Assembly (NCBI GenBank): GCA_964276515.1
Contig: OZ193909.1
Coordinates: 2,542,001-2,606,000 of the forward strand
Direction of reading: 5' to 3'
Origin: Gordius albopunctatus
Lineage: Eukaryota
Length of the DNA: 64,000 nt
Shown here in pieces: positions 1 through 13,595 of this stretch. Below the pieces are notes generated by a model that worked only from the letters and a program-made list of their open reading frames with translations, made no database searches and was not told the origin of the DNA. How positions within the stretch are numbered: the first letter of the stretch is position 1; the number at the start of each line of letters is the position of its first letter. The position numbers and the translations under genes were made by a program.

Positions 1-806
1 CATGCCAATTATTTCATCTCATTGTGCATATGTATTTATTGAATTTTTAATGTTCTAATTTAATTTTGGATTATGAAGCAATAAAAATATAATTAATAAA
101 AGCCATACCATATTCTAAATTACACAAAAATATTTTTATTCAACGTATACTTCACATCATGAAATATAAATACAGTTGACACATAAATTATGTATAAAAA
201 ACTGTTATTATAATTAAAAACCATAAATCTTCTAAAATACCATGACTAATATATATCAATTATATAAATAATACTTACGAATAATTCTTGAGATAATTAG
301 TATTGATTAATGAATGAAAAATGCCGGAAACATAAAAATATTGAAATTAAAATTGTATGGTTTTCGTTACATTGTCATGATAGAGAAAACTGAGATATTC
401 AATTCACGATATATTTTTGAATAAAAAACCGGAACCCTTTTTTGTATTCATCGGGTTCGTGTTTTAAGGGTATTCTTGGGTTCGGGTTCTGTGGTTCGTG
501 TTCAGGGGTTCGGGTTCGGGACAAACCCCTGGTGAGGTTAGGGTTAAGTGGGCAATTGATCCCTCCCTCTACTTCTTTTGTTGTGAAATATTGTGTTTAG
601 TAGACGTGCTAGCTGCTTGCTTTGTATAAAAGTGGCATTTATCGTTGAAATTTTAGTTTTTAAGACCTTAAAATATCGATAACTTATGCTTTATCACTTG
701 TTCTAACTAAATTAAATGAATTTTATCATTAAAAACAAGGTAATTCCTTTAAGATTTGGGGTGAATTTTAGTAAAACTCCAAGTTTTTTTCCATGGATTA
801 CAAAAG

Positions 807-3800
807 GGTTGGCGATGGATCTTCTCAGGTCATCACCGTAGCCGCGTGCAATGGGTCTCAGATTTGCCTGGCTTCGGGCCGAGAGTTATATTACCTGGAA
901 TTGCGCAAGGCGGATGGCATCGTGGAACGCAGTCACGTGACTTGCGATCACGAGATCTCTTGCCTCGATTGCTCACCCCTCGGCGAGCGCCTCGCCCTCG
1001 CGGTGGGTGAAAGTGGTCCCGCCCGCTTTTGCGCCGCCGGGTTTTGGGGTCAGATCGCCGTGAAAACCTTCTCCCTTCCACACCTCGAGGAGTCCTGGTG
1101 CGAAGAGTTCGCTGCCAAGGGCGACGTCGTCGTTCCTCGTTCTCTCCTTCTGTGCCAGTTATCACAGCCCGCTCCGTATTCCTCCGCTACTTCCGCCTCT
1201 CACCCAGCGGACGGATACAACGCGGCGGAAGGATACTATCTCATGGTGGCGCTGGGCAATGGGACGCTCTACTACTTCCGGTGCGACCCGGTCACCGGAA
1301 GTTTGAGGGACAGAAAACGGGCGGTCGTTGGGACCCGACCCCCTAGTCTTAAATTGTTCCGCTCGGGTGCAGCCTCAAAATCAGCTGACTCAGATACGAG
1401 ATGCGACAACGTATTCGTATGCTCGGACCGTCCCACCATAATATACGCGCGCAACGGGAAACTTATTTTTTCCGCCGTTAACCTCAGGGAAGTGTGTCAA
1501 GTTTGCCCGTTCGACTCACCCACCTACCCCGATAGCCTCATCTTGGTCCCGTCTATGTCATCGGGTCTCATTCTCATAGGTATGCACAGGCTCACTGTAG
1601 GACAAAATGTCCGTCCATCGTGTCTGTCTTTTCTCGTCTTTTTCAACTTTTTTGCCAGTTTAGTTTTATAAAAGTATGGATCTAAGATAGGTGTACGCGC
1701 TCGTTAGAGTTGAGAGGTGAAAGCGTGAATGATTGATTGCTATGCAAGACTCACTTTTGAGTAAAAGTTCCCTCCTAAATTGTCTTGTCCAACTTTTGCG
1801 TTTTTAGTCTATTAAATGATAGAACTAAAATATAATGCTCTTTAAAATGGTGTGAAACGGGATATTGATTGCCATGTACTTTATGGGCTCACTTTCCGTG
1901 AAAGTGTTTGTCCTGTCTATCTTGTCTTCTCCAACTTTTGCCTTTTTAGTTTATTAACGAAGAGAACTAAATGTAAATGGGATTGACGACAAATACTTAA
2001 GCGGATACATAGAGTGATTAAATTTAAATTTAGCGCCATTGAAAAACTTGCAGCTAGTAAACTGTTTCGTAAAAATCTTGAAGCTTTATGTTTTGCGAAA
2101 TCTTTATCATTCAAAGTTTTTACACTTAACGTTCTTGTTTTAGACTTTATATTAGCGTGCTGGGTGAGTCTAAAAGATGTTATGGCTAAAATGAGTTTGT
2201 CCAGTGGCCAACTCACAATTTGGCTAGCGTAAACCAAGAAAGGCAAAAAATGTTTTAAATTAAATATTAAAACCTTCGGCTATAACAAGTGCGATTAGTT
2301 TTTCTTAAAATGTTGCACTCATAAAATATGAAGATAAATTGGGATAATGCTACAATCAATATATTGTGTTAAGCTTTAAACCCTGTCTCTTCTAAATTTC
2401 GTAAAAGCAAGTCGTTTTATTTGCTATGCATTTTTATTATTGATTCAGATTTAAATTTGTTAACGTAGTAAAACGCGTCTGAGGAGGACTCGACTGTTTC
2501 TAGGCCAGGGGCCTGGCCTAAGAATTGCCTAACATTTAATTTATCAAAATGAAAAAGGTCGGTTTACGTTACAAAATATTAACATTCTTTAGAAAGATTC
2601 AAAGCTAAATTTAAAAAAAACTCGTTATATATTTTCTACTAGGAACGATCGACGAGATTAGGAAATTGCACATCCGTACCATAGCGCTTGGGGAATCTCC
2701 TCGCCGCATAGCCTACCATGAGGCTTCGCATACGTACGCCATCTTGGGTGTAAGGATTGACTGTCACAACGGTACAACTTTCGTTCCTTCGCGCGGTGAT
2801 TGCGTCAGCGTGCGGGCCCCGGCCCATTCTAGCTCGTCTACCTTTGCTGGAAACACCTGTTCCCTCGGTCCCGGCACAACTGGAGGATCTAAACGATATC
2901 AAACACTGGACTCATTGCCTCCTAGTAAGGAAAATAAACTAGCCCTTTTGATAGGTAGACACCCTTAAACCCTGGGTTGTTTACAAGGTCTATAAATATG
3001 GAATTGAAATATGGTCATTGTTGGCCCAAAATTAGGGTATTGGTATAATTTCCTTGTTGCATCATTCCTGAGATTCGAAAATCGCTAAATAATAATTTTA
3101 CACAACATTAGGGACAATAGCGTTGTTTTATGTCAAGTTTATGCATGGAAATCATGATTTGCGCATGGCAACCATTTCTTTGCAACCTTTCCAACCTTAC
3201 TCTGAACGTTTGTTGATAAATTACAGTGCTACCTTACAAAATTTAAGTGGGCCATTCCTTGACAAATCAAAACGCTTTGGACCGACCATCTCAGATATGG
3301 CTAATTTTTTGTGAGGATGTGAACCGCATAGTTGCCTCATGATAATGCACCTCTGATGAAAAAAGCGATTGGGGCGCCTGTTTGGGAAATACTGCGGCCG
3401 CCCACTTACCAGATTTGGCTCCGTCCGCTTACTCATTATATTCGCATCGATTAAAATGTATCGAATAGCGTTGTCTGAACGTCTGGGTTTTGTTTGTTCG
3501 CCCTTTAGTTTTATTCGATTAAATAGAACCAGACCAACGAATTTTTCATCTGTTTTTGTTTACCCGGTCACTCTGCTTATTCGAAATTTGAAAAATAGAC
3601 CAGAAACCAAAGCTCGACCAAACAAAACCAATCCGTTTTTACAAGACTACAGTACCTACTGAGCAGCGCTTTTCTCTATTTGGAAAATATAAGAAAATGA
3701 GTTTATGACATGATCGTCCAAAGAGGGCAACAATATCAGATTGATATTTATTATACAAAAATTCTGGTTTCACCTTTATACACACCTGATAAGAGTTAAA

Positions 3801-6800
3801 AGTGCCTTAGTTATATGGAATCTTTTAAGCTTCGACACTTTACGAATTTCAGCGTTTATATAACACGAGACTTTTTTAAATCTTTACAAAAAAATTATGG
3901 TCAAAATTTTTGAAAAATAGATTGATACGTAAGTTAATTTGAAAATAGCCTATATTGCAGACTCGTTTAAAATTTCAGACTCTATATATATAATAATACT
4001 TGACTAATAAACACGGACTTCTACCAGGGAACGACGTTTTAAAAGAAGATTAATAATCATATGGTCACAATATATATCTTACCTAAAGTTCGATAAAGCT
4101 AACGTTTTAATCATTTTAAAAATACATGGACTACTTCAGAACAATTTAAATAAACTAAAAGGACTTTGTATTGAAACTATTTTTAAACGCTATATCATTC
4201 TTTTTCGGTTTCAATAAAGTGAGAAACGTTAATTCACAATTATTCATGAGTATTTTGTGTTTGTTAAATATTAAGGTAGCAGTGCGGTCGGCACTAATAG
4301 TTCTGGTGCAGCCATCTCGTCTACTTCTACGTTCGGCGACGAGGCCGAAGCCCATAGCCTCGTAATTTTGCACGGGCAAACTTTCGAGCCCTTGTGGGCC
4401 CATCACTTTCAGCCTTACGAATTCGCGACAAGCCTAACAACTTGTCACTTATCGGAAAGTGCCACAAACCCCGGACCCGAGCATTACGTGGTGGGAACTG
4501 CTATGGTATACCCCGAAGAACCTGAACCCAGACAAGGCCGGATCCTTGTTTTTGAGTGGGTCTTGAATGATCAAAGTGCGCCTGGCTCCGGCCCGGGCGG
4601 CCGATTAACCTTGATTTCGGAAAAGGATGTGTCGGGTGCCCCTTATACCCTAGTCGAGTTTTTGGGTCATAAATTGTTGGCGACCGTCAACAGTACCGTA
4701 CGACTCTTCGAATGGACCGGCAACGAAGAGCGAGAGTTGAGGTAGGACCTCTTTTTTTATTAAGTTAGCTCGACAATATTTACACGCGAGATTTTAGCCT
4801 TTAGTTTTTGTGTTTCTATCTAAATGTGATCGAACTTTTCCATAAAAACAGTTTATTTAAAATCACGAAATATAGATTTTTTAAATTTTTTTGTAGCGAT
4901 ATTGACCTTTTAGAACTTATTTTGAGACGCACTGCTTTTAGTTCGGTGAGCAGCCAATTGAAGGAAATAAGTTACATCGACTTACCTGGCATTTCGCATT
5001 AAATATGAAAATGAAAATCCCTAACCAAGTTAAGGGCCCTCATCAAGCGACCCCCCTCCCCCATAGCTCCCCCGTTAGTTTAGGCGTTTTGAATAGTTAG
5101 GAAACTAGTTAAGCCAATATAATAATAATCTTGTTATCTTCAAAGATTGGGTTCCAAATTTTTTTGCCATAGCTCCCCTCATAAAAAATTGTCTTATTGC
5201 CTGGATACAAAAATTAAAAAGTAAACTAAACGCTAATAAAATCCTATATTTTTAATTGAAAGTGATCAGCCTAGATTTTTGTAAATATTACCCAATTCCC
5301 TTATAATACATAGACTGGAATGTTCACACTTCAACAACATCCTAGCGCTGTACGCCAAAACGCGGGGCGATTCGGTGCTAGTGGGAGACCTAATGAGGTC
5401 CCTAACTCTTTTAACCTACAAGGGCATCGAGGGAGCTTTCGAAGAGCGCGCCCGCGATTACGACCCCGCTTGGACTTGTGCGGTAGAAATTGTGGACGAC
5501 TTCAATTACTTGGCCGCCGAGAACGCCTACAATCTCTACGCTTGTCAGCGCGACGCTCAACCCACAACTCTGGAGAGTGGCTCAAGTAGCGGCGGTACTA
5601 ACGCTGCTGCTGCCGCCCCTCCCCCTCCTCTCGAGGATGAAAGGCGTCACCTGTGTCCGGTCGGGCGATGGCATTTGGGAGAATTTGTGAATGTTATACG
5701 GCGTGGTTGCTTAGTTACCCGCAACGCGGGCGAATGCATACCTCAAATTTGTAAGGGACTACGTTATAAAATACACGAGATCACGAGCGTAGCGCCCAAT
5801 CTCCTTAAAGCTATATAATATGTTTGTAGTGCAAAAATGGGCTCAAACATCGAAATCAGCATTTTAATCTGGCATTTTTAACAGTTGAATTAGGGCTACG
5901 CCAATAGTTAAGACTACCTGACTCGTGATCTGCTTCGTTAAAAAATGTTTTTGAATCGAAATTGCACAAAAAATTTCTTTATCAAATTTTAACCGTCTTA
6001 TGTTATTAGAAGATTTAGTTGTTTTGTATGTGAGATTTGAATAGAATTTTAAGTCTTTAAATAATTGGATTTTAATTTGCCTCATTTTAAGTCTTAGTTT
6101 TGTATACATTTAAGTGTTGTTCTCGAGTGAGGGCGTTAACTTAAATTTCACTTTTAATACCATTAATGCGTGTAAGTTTTGGGATGTTTAATTAATTTGT
6201 GGCTTATTGTCGGATAATACAAATGTAGTTTTGCAATTACATAAAATACAGTTTGAAATTGTCGGTAAAAATTCATGTTTTTAAATTGAAAAATTGTATC
6301 CGTAGGATTGTTTGTGTATGCCCTTATTCATCTAATTTGGACACCGCGGATTAGTAGAATAATGGTTATTATTCAAAGATTGTAGTTCTTTCGCGTGCTT
6401 TACTTCGTTGCATTAATAATATATATAAAACGTTAAATTTTTTAGGCTCATTGAAAGTAGTAAATAAGAATTGGTTATAGAATAGTTACAACTTATACTT
6501 TTAACTATCTTAATGCTAAATATTTAAAAATTCTAAATAACGCGATTCGCTCTATTCAACTTTCACCGTAATAATTATTTACAATTTAAAATAAACGTAA
6601 GAAGTCCTCGCTGTCATCCAGTTTAAATTATCATAGATGCAACAATTCATCTAATAACTATTAATAAATTTAACTCTCCTTTAGCTAATCCTTTGTTGAT
6701 GGGAACGGTATCGGGTTCGGTTCACTTAGTGCTCCAGCTCACTCCTAATGTTTACGAGCTCTTATCCCACGTCGAACAGAATGTATGCTCTATCGCCCCT

Positions 6801-7184
6801 GCCCCGGGTAAAATAGATCACGAGTATTTTCGCTCGTTCTCGACCGATCAGAAAACCGAACGACCAGTTGGTTTTTTGGATGGCGACGTAATCGAATCTT
6901 TCCTAGACCTGAACCCTTCGGACAAAGAACGGGTAATTCAAAAAATTTTCATAGACCCCGAAGATTTTCCAGGACTTGAATCGGGCTTAGCGATTCCCCC
7001 GGAACGTATTGATGCAGCAGGTGTGTCGAAATTGGAAGTTATGGACCTCTCTGGAGATGTTAAAAGTGACACTTTGGCAATAGAATCGACAACTGTGACC
7101 TCGATCGTGAACGGGTCGATTAAACGTTTGGTCACGATAGAGGAAGTTACTAAAATAGTTGAAGACTTGTCGCGGCTACATTAA
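807..7184 (+). CDS. DDB1: DNA damage-binding protein 1 (DDB1), 3' portion; upstream exons lie before the window
   Basis: Exons ~807 or 829 (acceptor ambiguous)-1579, 2643-2924, 4276-4741, 5314-5750 and 6685-7184 join in frame at GT..AG junctions. Peptides match DDB1 motifs: [116 protein letters not shown] at 7274-7279. Confidence 0.96.
1863..2540 (+). mobile_element. Family D dispersed repeat (ATTGCTATGCAATT end, GTCC microsatellite, 3' hairpin), DINE/HINE-like
   Basis: The 5' motif (T)TAATTGCTATGCAATTTATGGGCTCACTTTT..GTCC recurs at ~1733, 23820-23870, and inverted at 38140-38182, 43526-43590 and 55643-55705. Hairpin TAGGCCAGG-GG-CCTGGCCTA at 2501-2520 is followed by AATTGCCTAACATTTAAT. Confidence 0.5.
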
Positions 7185-8043
7185 CGGATACATCCTTTCG
7201 TTTTGTATTAAATATTTGTTTTAACGTTTGTATATATTATTAACTATTTTTTGCCGTAATTATTCTAACAATGAATAAAATGCTTATATTGTGATTTTAA
7301 AGTCGTTAATAATGATGGTTTGCTTATGATTCTGGCCCCTGCATCATTGTGTATTGCATCTACCCATAGGCGATGTATATATGTCTCTAGTGCTAAGCCG
7401 GAGGGACAAAAATGGTGTGCGTGCAATTTAAATTCGTAAAGTTTAATAATTCAGTAACACATAAAATATTGCTAAAATACAAAAGTTACTCAGTTGCATG
7501 GCGATATTTAAAAATCAAAATTAGTTTAAACCTGGCTAAATACGTCTTATTTGGGGTCTAATCTTAAGATGTATCATGTTTAGATTTGGCTATGCTTCCT
7601 AAAAATATCGCGGTCTTTAAAATTTTAATTTGTATCATACATGTCATTCATTCTGGGTTTTTAATTCTGGAGGCTATATTCCCTCCTACCCCACTCTGAA
7701 ATAACCTTGATTATGAATTTGATTAATAATTGAAGTAAAAACGTAACAACTTTGCTTAAATTATATACCTATTGTTTTTTTAAAGAACTAGGATTACTAT
7801 ATAATATTAACTGCTGAACTCATCGCAATCAAGGTATTCATCCCCATAAATGACAGCATATGCGGAATTCATAAAGTCCTACCCAAGCACTACATCATTT
7901 TTCTTTTTGTCCTGACTATTATACAATATATAATCTTGAATTTAATATAAATATTTATCCCAAACTTTAGAAGCACAGCTTTTTTGGCCTATTTGACTTT
8001 TGTTAGAAATCAGCTGATTGCTACATACATAAATTTTAAAAAA

Positions 8044-8839
8044 ATGAAATTAACATTATTACATTTATATCCAAGACCCATGTATGGCAAAAAGCCTCTG
8101 TATCCGAATAACATTATACTACCCATGAAACTGAAGCAAGAAGTTAGTTATAAATTAGAGAAATCACATCAAAGTAATTTTAATTTGTGCATGCTGTCTA
8201 AAATTATCTTGTAATAATGCGTTATAATCTACCAGATTTATTTCGTAATTTTATTAGTATTATTTAGCTCTTAGTTAATTTATGTTGCTATACTAATTAA
8301 AAACTTGTATTATTTTATTTGAACTTGATATATACAATTATATTAGTGTTTTAAAAATGGCTGGGTTTTGTTTGGTCAACTGCTGGTTTTAGTGGACTAA
8401 ACATAAACAAGGCAAAGATTTTTTTATCTGTTTTTCTTATTCACATAAATGGATCAAAGGTTTTTTGGTCTATTTATGTTTAATCAACTAAAACCAAAGG
8501 TTGACCAAACAAAACCCAGCCATTTTTACAACACTAAATTATACTGTTGACTAATTACTGATTTTTAGGTGTATCTTGTCTTCAGGAAATATTTAATCTT
8601 CTGGCTTGTTTGAAAAAAAATGATTTTGGCCAAGAAAATTGTGGGAATGAAATATCAACATTTAATACATGTTATCAGAATCACAGGGTAGGCATATTTT
8701 TTTATTAAATATATAAACCCAACCTTAGGCCTCACTGACCAAAGAAAAACAAGAAAGTAGCAATATTGTTTCTTTGGCTGGGAAAAGCAAATATCCAACT
8801 AAAGAATTAAATAGAATGTTAAAAAAATATCCCTATTGA
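8044..8839 (+). CDS. CHCHD1: CHCHD1 / mitoribosomal protein mS37 (twin CX9C protein), 3 exons, 119 aa
   Basis: Exons 8044-8173, 8569-8687 and 8729-8839 splice in frame to give MKLTLLHLYPRP...LPMKLKQEVSYKLEKSHQSVSCLQEIFNLLACLKKNDFGQENCGNEISTFNTCYQNHR...KELNRMLKKYPY*. The twin CX9C motif and the LNxMLxxYP-like tail are typical of CHCHD1. AATAAA at 8848-8853. Confidence 0.88.
8344..8536. mobile_element. Palindromic MITE family C (TAGTGTTGTAAAAACGGCTGGGTTTTGTTTGGTCGACCTTTGG arms) in CHCHD1 intron 1
   Basis: Long inverted arms ending TTTACAACACTA; TSD AATTATAT/AATTATAC. Further full or partial copies at about 3600-3650, 19485-19573, 20464-20550, 22405-22480, 22534-22728, 23473-23608 (TSD TCATTCGT/TCATTCAT), 25845-25900, 33612-33998, 39868-40347, 50524-50645, 51162-51273 and 56296-56472. 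Confidence 0.85.
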
Positions 8840-9595
8840 TACACTTTAATAAACATATATATTATTCCAGCTAATTTCTGGTATATTATAAAATTTTATT
8901 TAGCTTTAAAAGGTGTTTCTTAATTTTTCTTTCAATTGGTTAAAAACTTAGTGCATTCCATATTTTTACTTAGCCTGTCTTGCCCAAGAAAATTTTGTAG
9001 AAATCCATGGGCAATCTGTAATATTAATGATAAGCAAGGAACTTTTATCATGTCTATTGCCTTTATCACAAATTAACAGTAAAAATATTATATTTTTGGG
9101 CAAGTAAAGCCAAAAAAAGATCAAAATGGAATGCTCTAAACTAGACATGATTTCATCCTAGTTTTATCATCTAACCAGAATTTATTATAATTTATTTTTG
9201 CCACAAAATATAAAAATTAATTGTTAAATGTGAATAATAATTAAATGTATAACGTTTATTTCTGCAACAAATCGACTCAAAGGTTTAAAATAAGAATTCT
9301 TGCTCATATGATAATATTTAAAAACGCGGTTTTTAGCCAATCAAAAATATGTCGAGATTTAGATTAATAAGCCTGGCCAGAGAGGGACAGCGCTCCTCCT
9401 TCTCTATATAAAAAAACATTGTTTAAGCATTTAAAAATTTTACATTTTACTCTTTAAATTGTTACTATTATTGCCCCCTTTTAATTCAAATTTAAGACTT
9501 ATAAAATAGTTCTAATCAAGTGAATCCACAATAAATTCTATTTTTAATCGTATCAATGAAACATATTTTTGCACATAATTTGAAGGGGTGGCCCC

Positions 9596-9848
9596 TCAAC
9601 TTGCCGAAAACCATCTTGCCGAATTTAATGTCCCATTGTAAAAAAATATGTCCCAATTTGAAAATATCCCGCAACAAAAAAGCCGATAAATCATTCAATT
9701 TCGGATTAAAGTTAAAATTCGGGTCTTTTTTAAAATATAATTGATGGTTATTATAAAAGGTACTCAATTTAGGGCTTTCTACACGATGATGGGAGATGGT
9801 CGTTAATGTTCCAGGGTGAATTCGGCAAGATGCTTTTCGGCGAGTTGA
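9596..9848. repeat. Inverted repeat pair, probable degraded TIR element
   Basis: TCAACTTGCCGAAAACCATCTTGCCGAATT (9596-9625) matches the reverse complement of 9819-9848 at 28/30 positions. No TSD found. Confidence 0.6.
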
Positions 9849-10965
9849 TGCAGCTTGTTATGGCAAATTTGTACTAACCTTCTGTCCATCCTTTATGCGT
9901 GGCGTTTTAAGAATATATATAGGGCATCTTACTTTTTGGGAAGGCAAGGAGAGTCAGCTACTACTTCCACCTAAGATAACTTTAGTTAATTAAAGCTAAA
10001 AATATTAAAATTTATTTAAATGTCCCTATAACATTCTTTATAACTAATAAGTTAAGAAATACATACTCGTACTTGATTAAAATTATACTATCTCCAAGTA
10101 TTATATTTGCTAAAACATGGGATTAGAGGGGGGGGGGCAATAAGATTTAGGGTTAGGGTCAAAACGAAAATTTAGTCACAGTAAATTTCATAGAATTTTT
10201 GAAATTAGAGGGGTTAGCCGCCCCTCGCTGCCATTCCCTCGCTACGCCCATGTAAATTTGTTTTATGGTTGGTCCTTTGAGGCAAAGAATGGAACATAAG
10301 ATAAAATTGAGCTAAGAATAATAGCTGATAGTTTCTAAAAGAGTTAAATTCGAAAATTCTAGTCTCTTTTTTTGACATATAACCCTAAATTTATTTGAGT
10401 GGGTGAGGGATAAAAGGTAGCAACTATCTGGAAATTATTCGTTCCCTTCTTCCTCCCTTTAACACCGACCCTTTAGAATGCCTAGAACATCCATGTAGTA
10501 CAGTGGCATAAGCAGAATTACTTTAAGGGAATGACGCAATTCGCAAAGGGGTCCTGATTATGCTAAACAGGGTCAATGTTTGAATTAGAGATATGCACGG
10601 GCCTTTTAGGCTCAATTGGCCCAGCAGTAATAAAAATTTGGCCCAGGTCCGTTTAGATTAAATTATAGCCCGCCCGGTAATTATTTGCACAGCACGGGCA
10701 CAGCCAATACCCTTCTTAAAAAGTCCTTTAATATTTTTCTGATTATAGTCTAAAACCATATTATATTATGTCCCTTACCTATACCATTTTTGAAATTATT
10801 TTGCCATAAAGTATTTTTTCTTAATAAAGCTTATGCTCATGTATTATATTTTTTTGTAAAATCGTAAGATTCCCACTTAATTTAATAATACACCTGCCAA
10901 TCCTCCCATTATAATGTGAATGGTAACAATAATGGCAAAAAAATGCATATGTGATTTGTCGTTTG

Positions 10966-13587
10966 TAGTGTTTCGATCTCGTCTCGTCTCGGGTGCGATT
11001 ATTAAAATCTCGTCTCGGCCTAGAAAAATCTCGATCTCGTCTCGACTTTTAAAAATAATTATACCAAATATTTTTTTTCTAGCTCTTATAAATTAGTATG
11101 TAAGATATATATTGGTCATAATGGAACCAATTTTTTTCTCAAACCCCAAAACACAAGCTAGATGAGTAACTTAAGGTAGGAAGCATTAATATAGTAGGTG
11201 TAATATACTACTTGACTCGAAGCTATAAAGTTGCTAATTAATAACTTTCATTTCCTGGCTCAGGCTCAATAAAAGGATAAAGTTTAATAATATAATCATA
11301 TTTTAACATAATGAATTCATTGACATCTTATATAATAACGTTGAAATAATGACGAAAATGAGAGGGTAAACTTTTAAAAATATTATCATTATTTAAAACA
11401 AGTAATTATCTGAACATTACAAATATAATAAAATAGGCATTATTGTTGGAAGAACATAAAAGTTTTAAGACCTTACGTTAAATGCACATATATAATTAAA
11501 TAAAGTTGTTAAATATAAACTTAAACACTTCTATTATAGTGTGACATCCCATTATACATAACAAAGTATTAACTTAATCCATTTATTACTAATTTTCGCA
11601 TAAAATAATTACGTACTAATAAAGCTCATGTTCATATATTTTAATTTATTGATAAATTGCAGCATTCTGAAAAAAATTCAGTGAATTTTAATGCATCTGT
11701 CAAGCCTACATTTTGACGTAAAATGTAATGAATTTGTTGGGCTGATAATTGTTTAGGTGTGCCATGACCTGACTGATTCATAATTTAATCTTTTACGATG
11801 TTTTCGAATAGTCAGAGACGCCTTCGAAAACAATCTTTCGGCAGGCACCGAGGTCGCCGGAGTGCTCAAAAATCTCCAGCCATTACGGCTAAATTGTAGT
11901 GCTGTAAGTGAACGCGTTCAAATTGAACGCGTTCATGAACGGCGTTCTTTTATTTTTTGGTGAACTTTCAACGTGAACGCGTTCCTTTTTTGATGAACGC
12001 GTTCAAATTTAACGTTCGTTCAATTTTAAAAATCCTTTTTTGTTTTTATTTATTTTAAAATTAATGTCAATTCGAATTTTTAACAAAAAAGTATTATATT
12101 TTTTAATCAGCTGTTTTTCCTGTTTCCTTTTACCAATTCCGAAATACTTTTAACATACTATAACGTGCGAAAGAAGATAAGATTAAAGTTAATTAGTTTG
12201 ATATTATTAATTATAGTTTAATTTATAGGTTAATATGGACAATCATAATATTATATCGTCGTCATCAGCAGATGAATTGAAATTGCCATGGCCAAAATAT
12301 GAAAAATATTTTTCACTCGTTTCATATAAAAGATCAAATTCAATGATTAAAATGAACCTATAAAGAATAAACTTTTAGTGTTATTGAAACCCCTAGAATT
12401 GATAATGAAAGAGCTGTCAATTCCGAGATATCATTTTTTGGCGAGGAAGTAGAGGGCGCATTGGAGGATGATATCTTGTCGCAATTTTTTGAAGCGAGGG
12501 ACAAAACATTAAAAGTTTTTAATAAATTTCCTCCTTTGAAAAATTTGTTTATTAAGTATAATACTCCAATCCCCTCATCTGCCCCTGTGGAGCAGGTTTT
12601 TAGTATAGCTAATGCTGTATTAACTGCCAAGCGTTCCTGCTTATCAGAAGACAATTTTGAAAAACAATTATTATTAAAAATCAATAAGAAAATAGATTAT
12701 ATTGATTTATAATTATATTGTCGAAATAAAACTATTATTTTTTATCATGGCCATTTATTGTATTAAAAAATATAAGACATTTATTTATATTAAATTAATC
12801 TTTAAAAAAAATGTATCATAAAATTTTGAACGAACGTGAACGCGTTCCTTTTCTTTTTAGACGAACGTGAACGTGAACGCGTTCGATTTTTTTACAAATG
12901 TTTACAGCACTACTAAATTGGGATAATTATATTTTTAATTAACTAATTAATTATATAATATATATAATTATTTAGTCATTTTTAAAGAATATGTTTAATA
13001 TATAATAGCTGTTCAATGCTTAAATTTTCTAAAGCATCTAAGTTCGCGGAAAAAAGTTTTAGAGTAGTTTAATTCCTTATTAACTTGAGTAGGGTAAATT
13101 TTTAGTAACCCTCAGAATGGTAACGTTTAAGATGTCGTTGAAAACCTGAAATATTGCTATCAGTCTTACTACTTTAAAGCACAATTTACACTTCCACATT
13201 TTATTTGATTCATCCTTGGATTCTGTGAAATTTTTGAGAAGCTTGCTCTTTTTTGAGTTGGATGATGAACTTGTTGCGCATAATTTATTATAGGTCTGAA
13301 ATTTTTATATTATATAATAATGATATACAAATAAGTAATAAATAAATAATTAATTATTCATATACTCTAAGGGCCACATTTTGTCTATTGAATAAAATTA
13401 TATTAAATTCGCACGAAGCGGATAATTAGGTGCCTAAATAATTTAGTTTCAAAAGTTTAAAATTCATATTAATTTGATTTAATATCCTAAATGTAATAAA
13501 ATAAAAAGCCGAGATCTCGACTATAAAATCTCGTCTCGAGGTAAAAATTCTCCTCTCGATATTTTTCTCGGTTTTTCCGCATCACTA
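10966..13587 (-). mobile_element. Decayed hAT (Ac/ZBED-type) transposon with TCTCG subterminal repeats, interrupted by a second hAT element
   Basis: Perfect 8-bp TSD GTCGTTTG (10958-10965, 13588-13595); ends TAGTG..CACTA. Minus-strand remnants: a BED finger WKCKLCFKVV..SNISGFQRHLKRYH (~13110-13200) and a dimerisation domain YPNLAVMA..STPATSVPAERLFSKASLTIRKHRKRL (~11780-11896, continued after 12920). Confidence 0.88.
11897..12912 (+). mobile_element. Non-autonomous hAT deletion derivative with GAACGCGTTC subterminal palindromes
   Basis: 11-bp TIR TAGTGCTGTAA/TTACAGCACTA and perfect TSD CTAAATTG (11889-11896, 12913-12920). Carries a transposase-like N-terminus (ATG 12235, PWPKYEKYF) close to a C-terminal dimerisation domain (12461-12712, FPPLKNLFIKYNTPIPSSAPVEQVFS..KRSCLSEDNFEKQLLLK). 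Confidence 0.9.
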
Positions 13588-13595
13588 GTCGTTTG

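Noticed and set aside
833..1454. ORFs 833-1165 (-), 1029-1346 (+) and 1272-1454 (-)
   Set aside because: Alternative-frame or antisense shadows of a GC-rich DDB1 exon.
3310..3357. C/D snoRNA candidate (GTGAGGA...CTGA) in a DDB1 intron
   Set aside because: Too short, imperfect C box, no terminal stem or recognisable guide.
11905..12890. CRISPR-like array from repeated GAACGCGTTC palindromes (also the TCTCG and CCCG repeats)
   Set aside because: Irregular spacing, confined to transposon subtermini, eukaryotic context, no cas genes.
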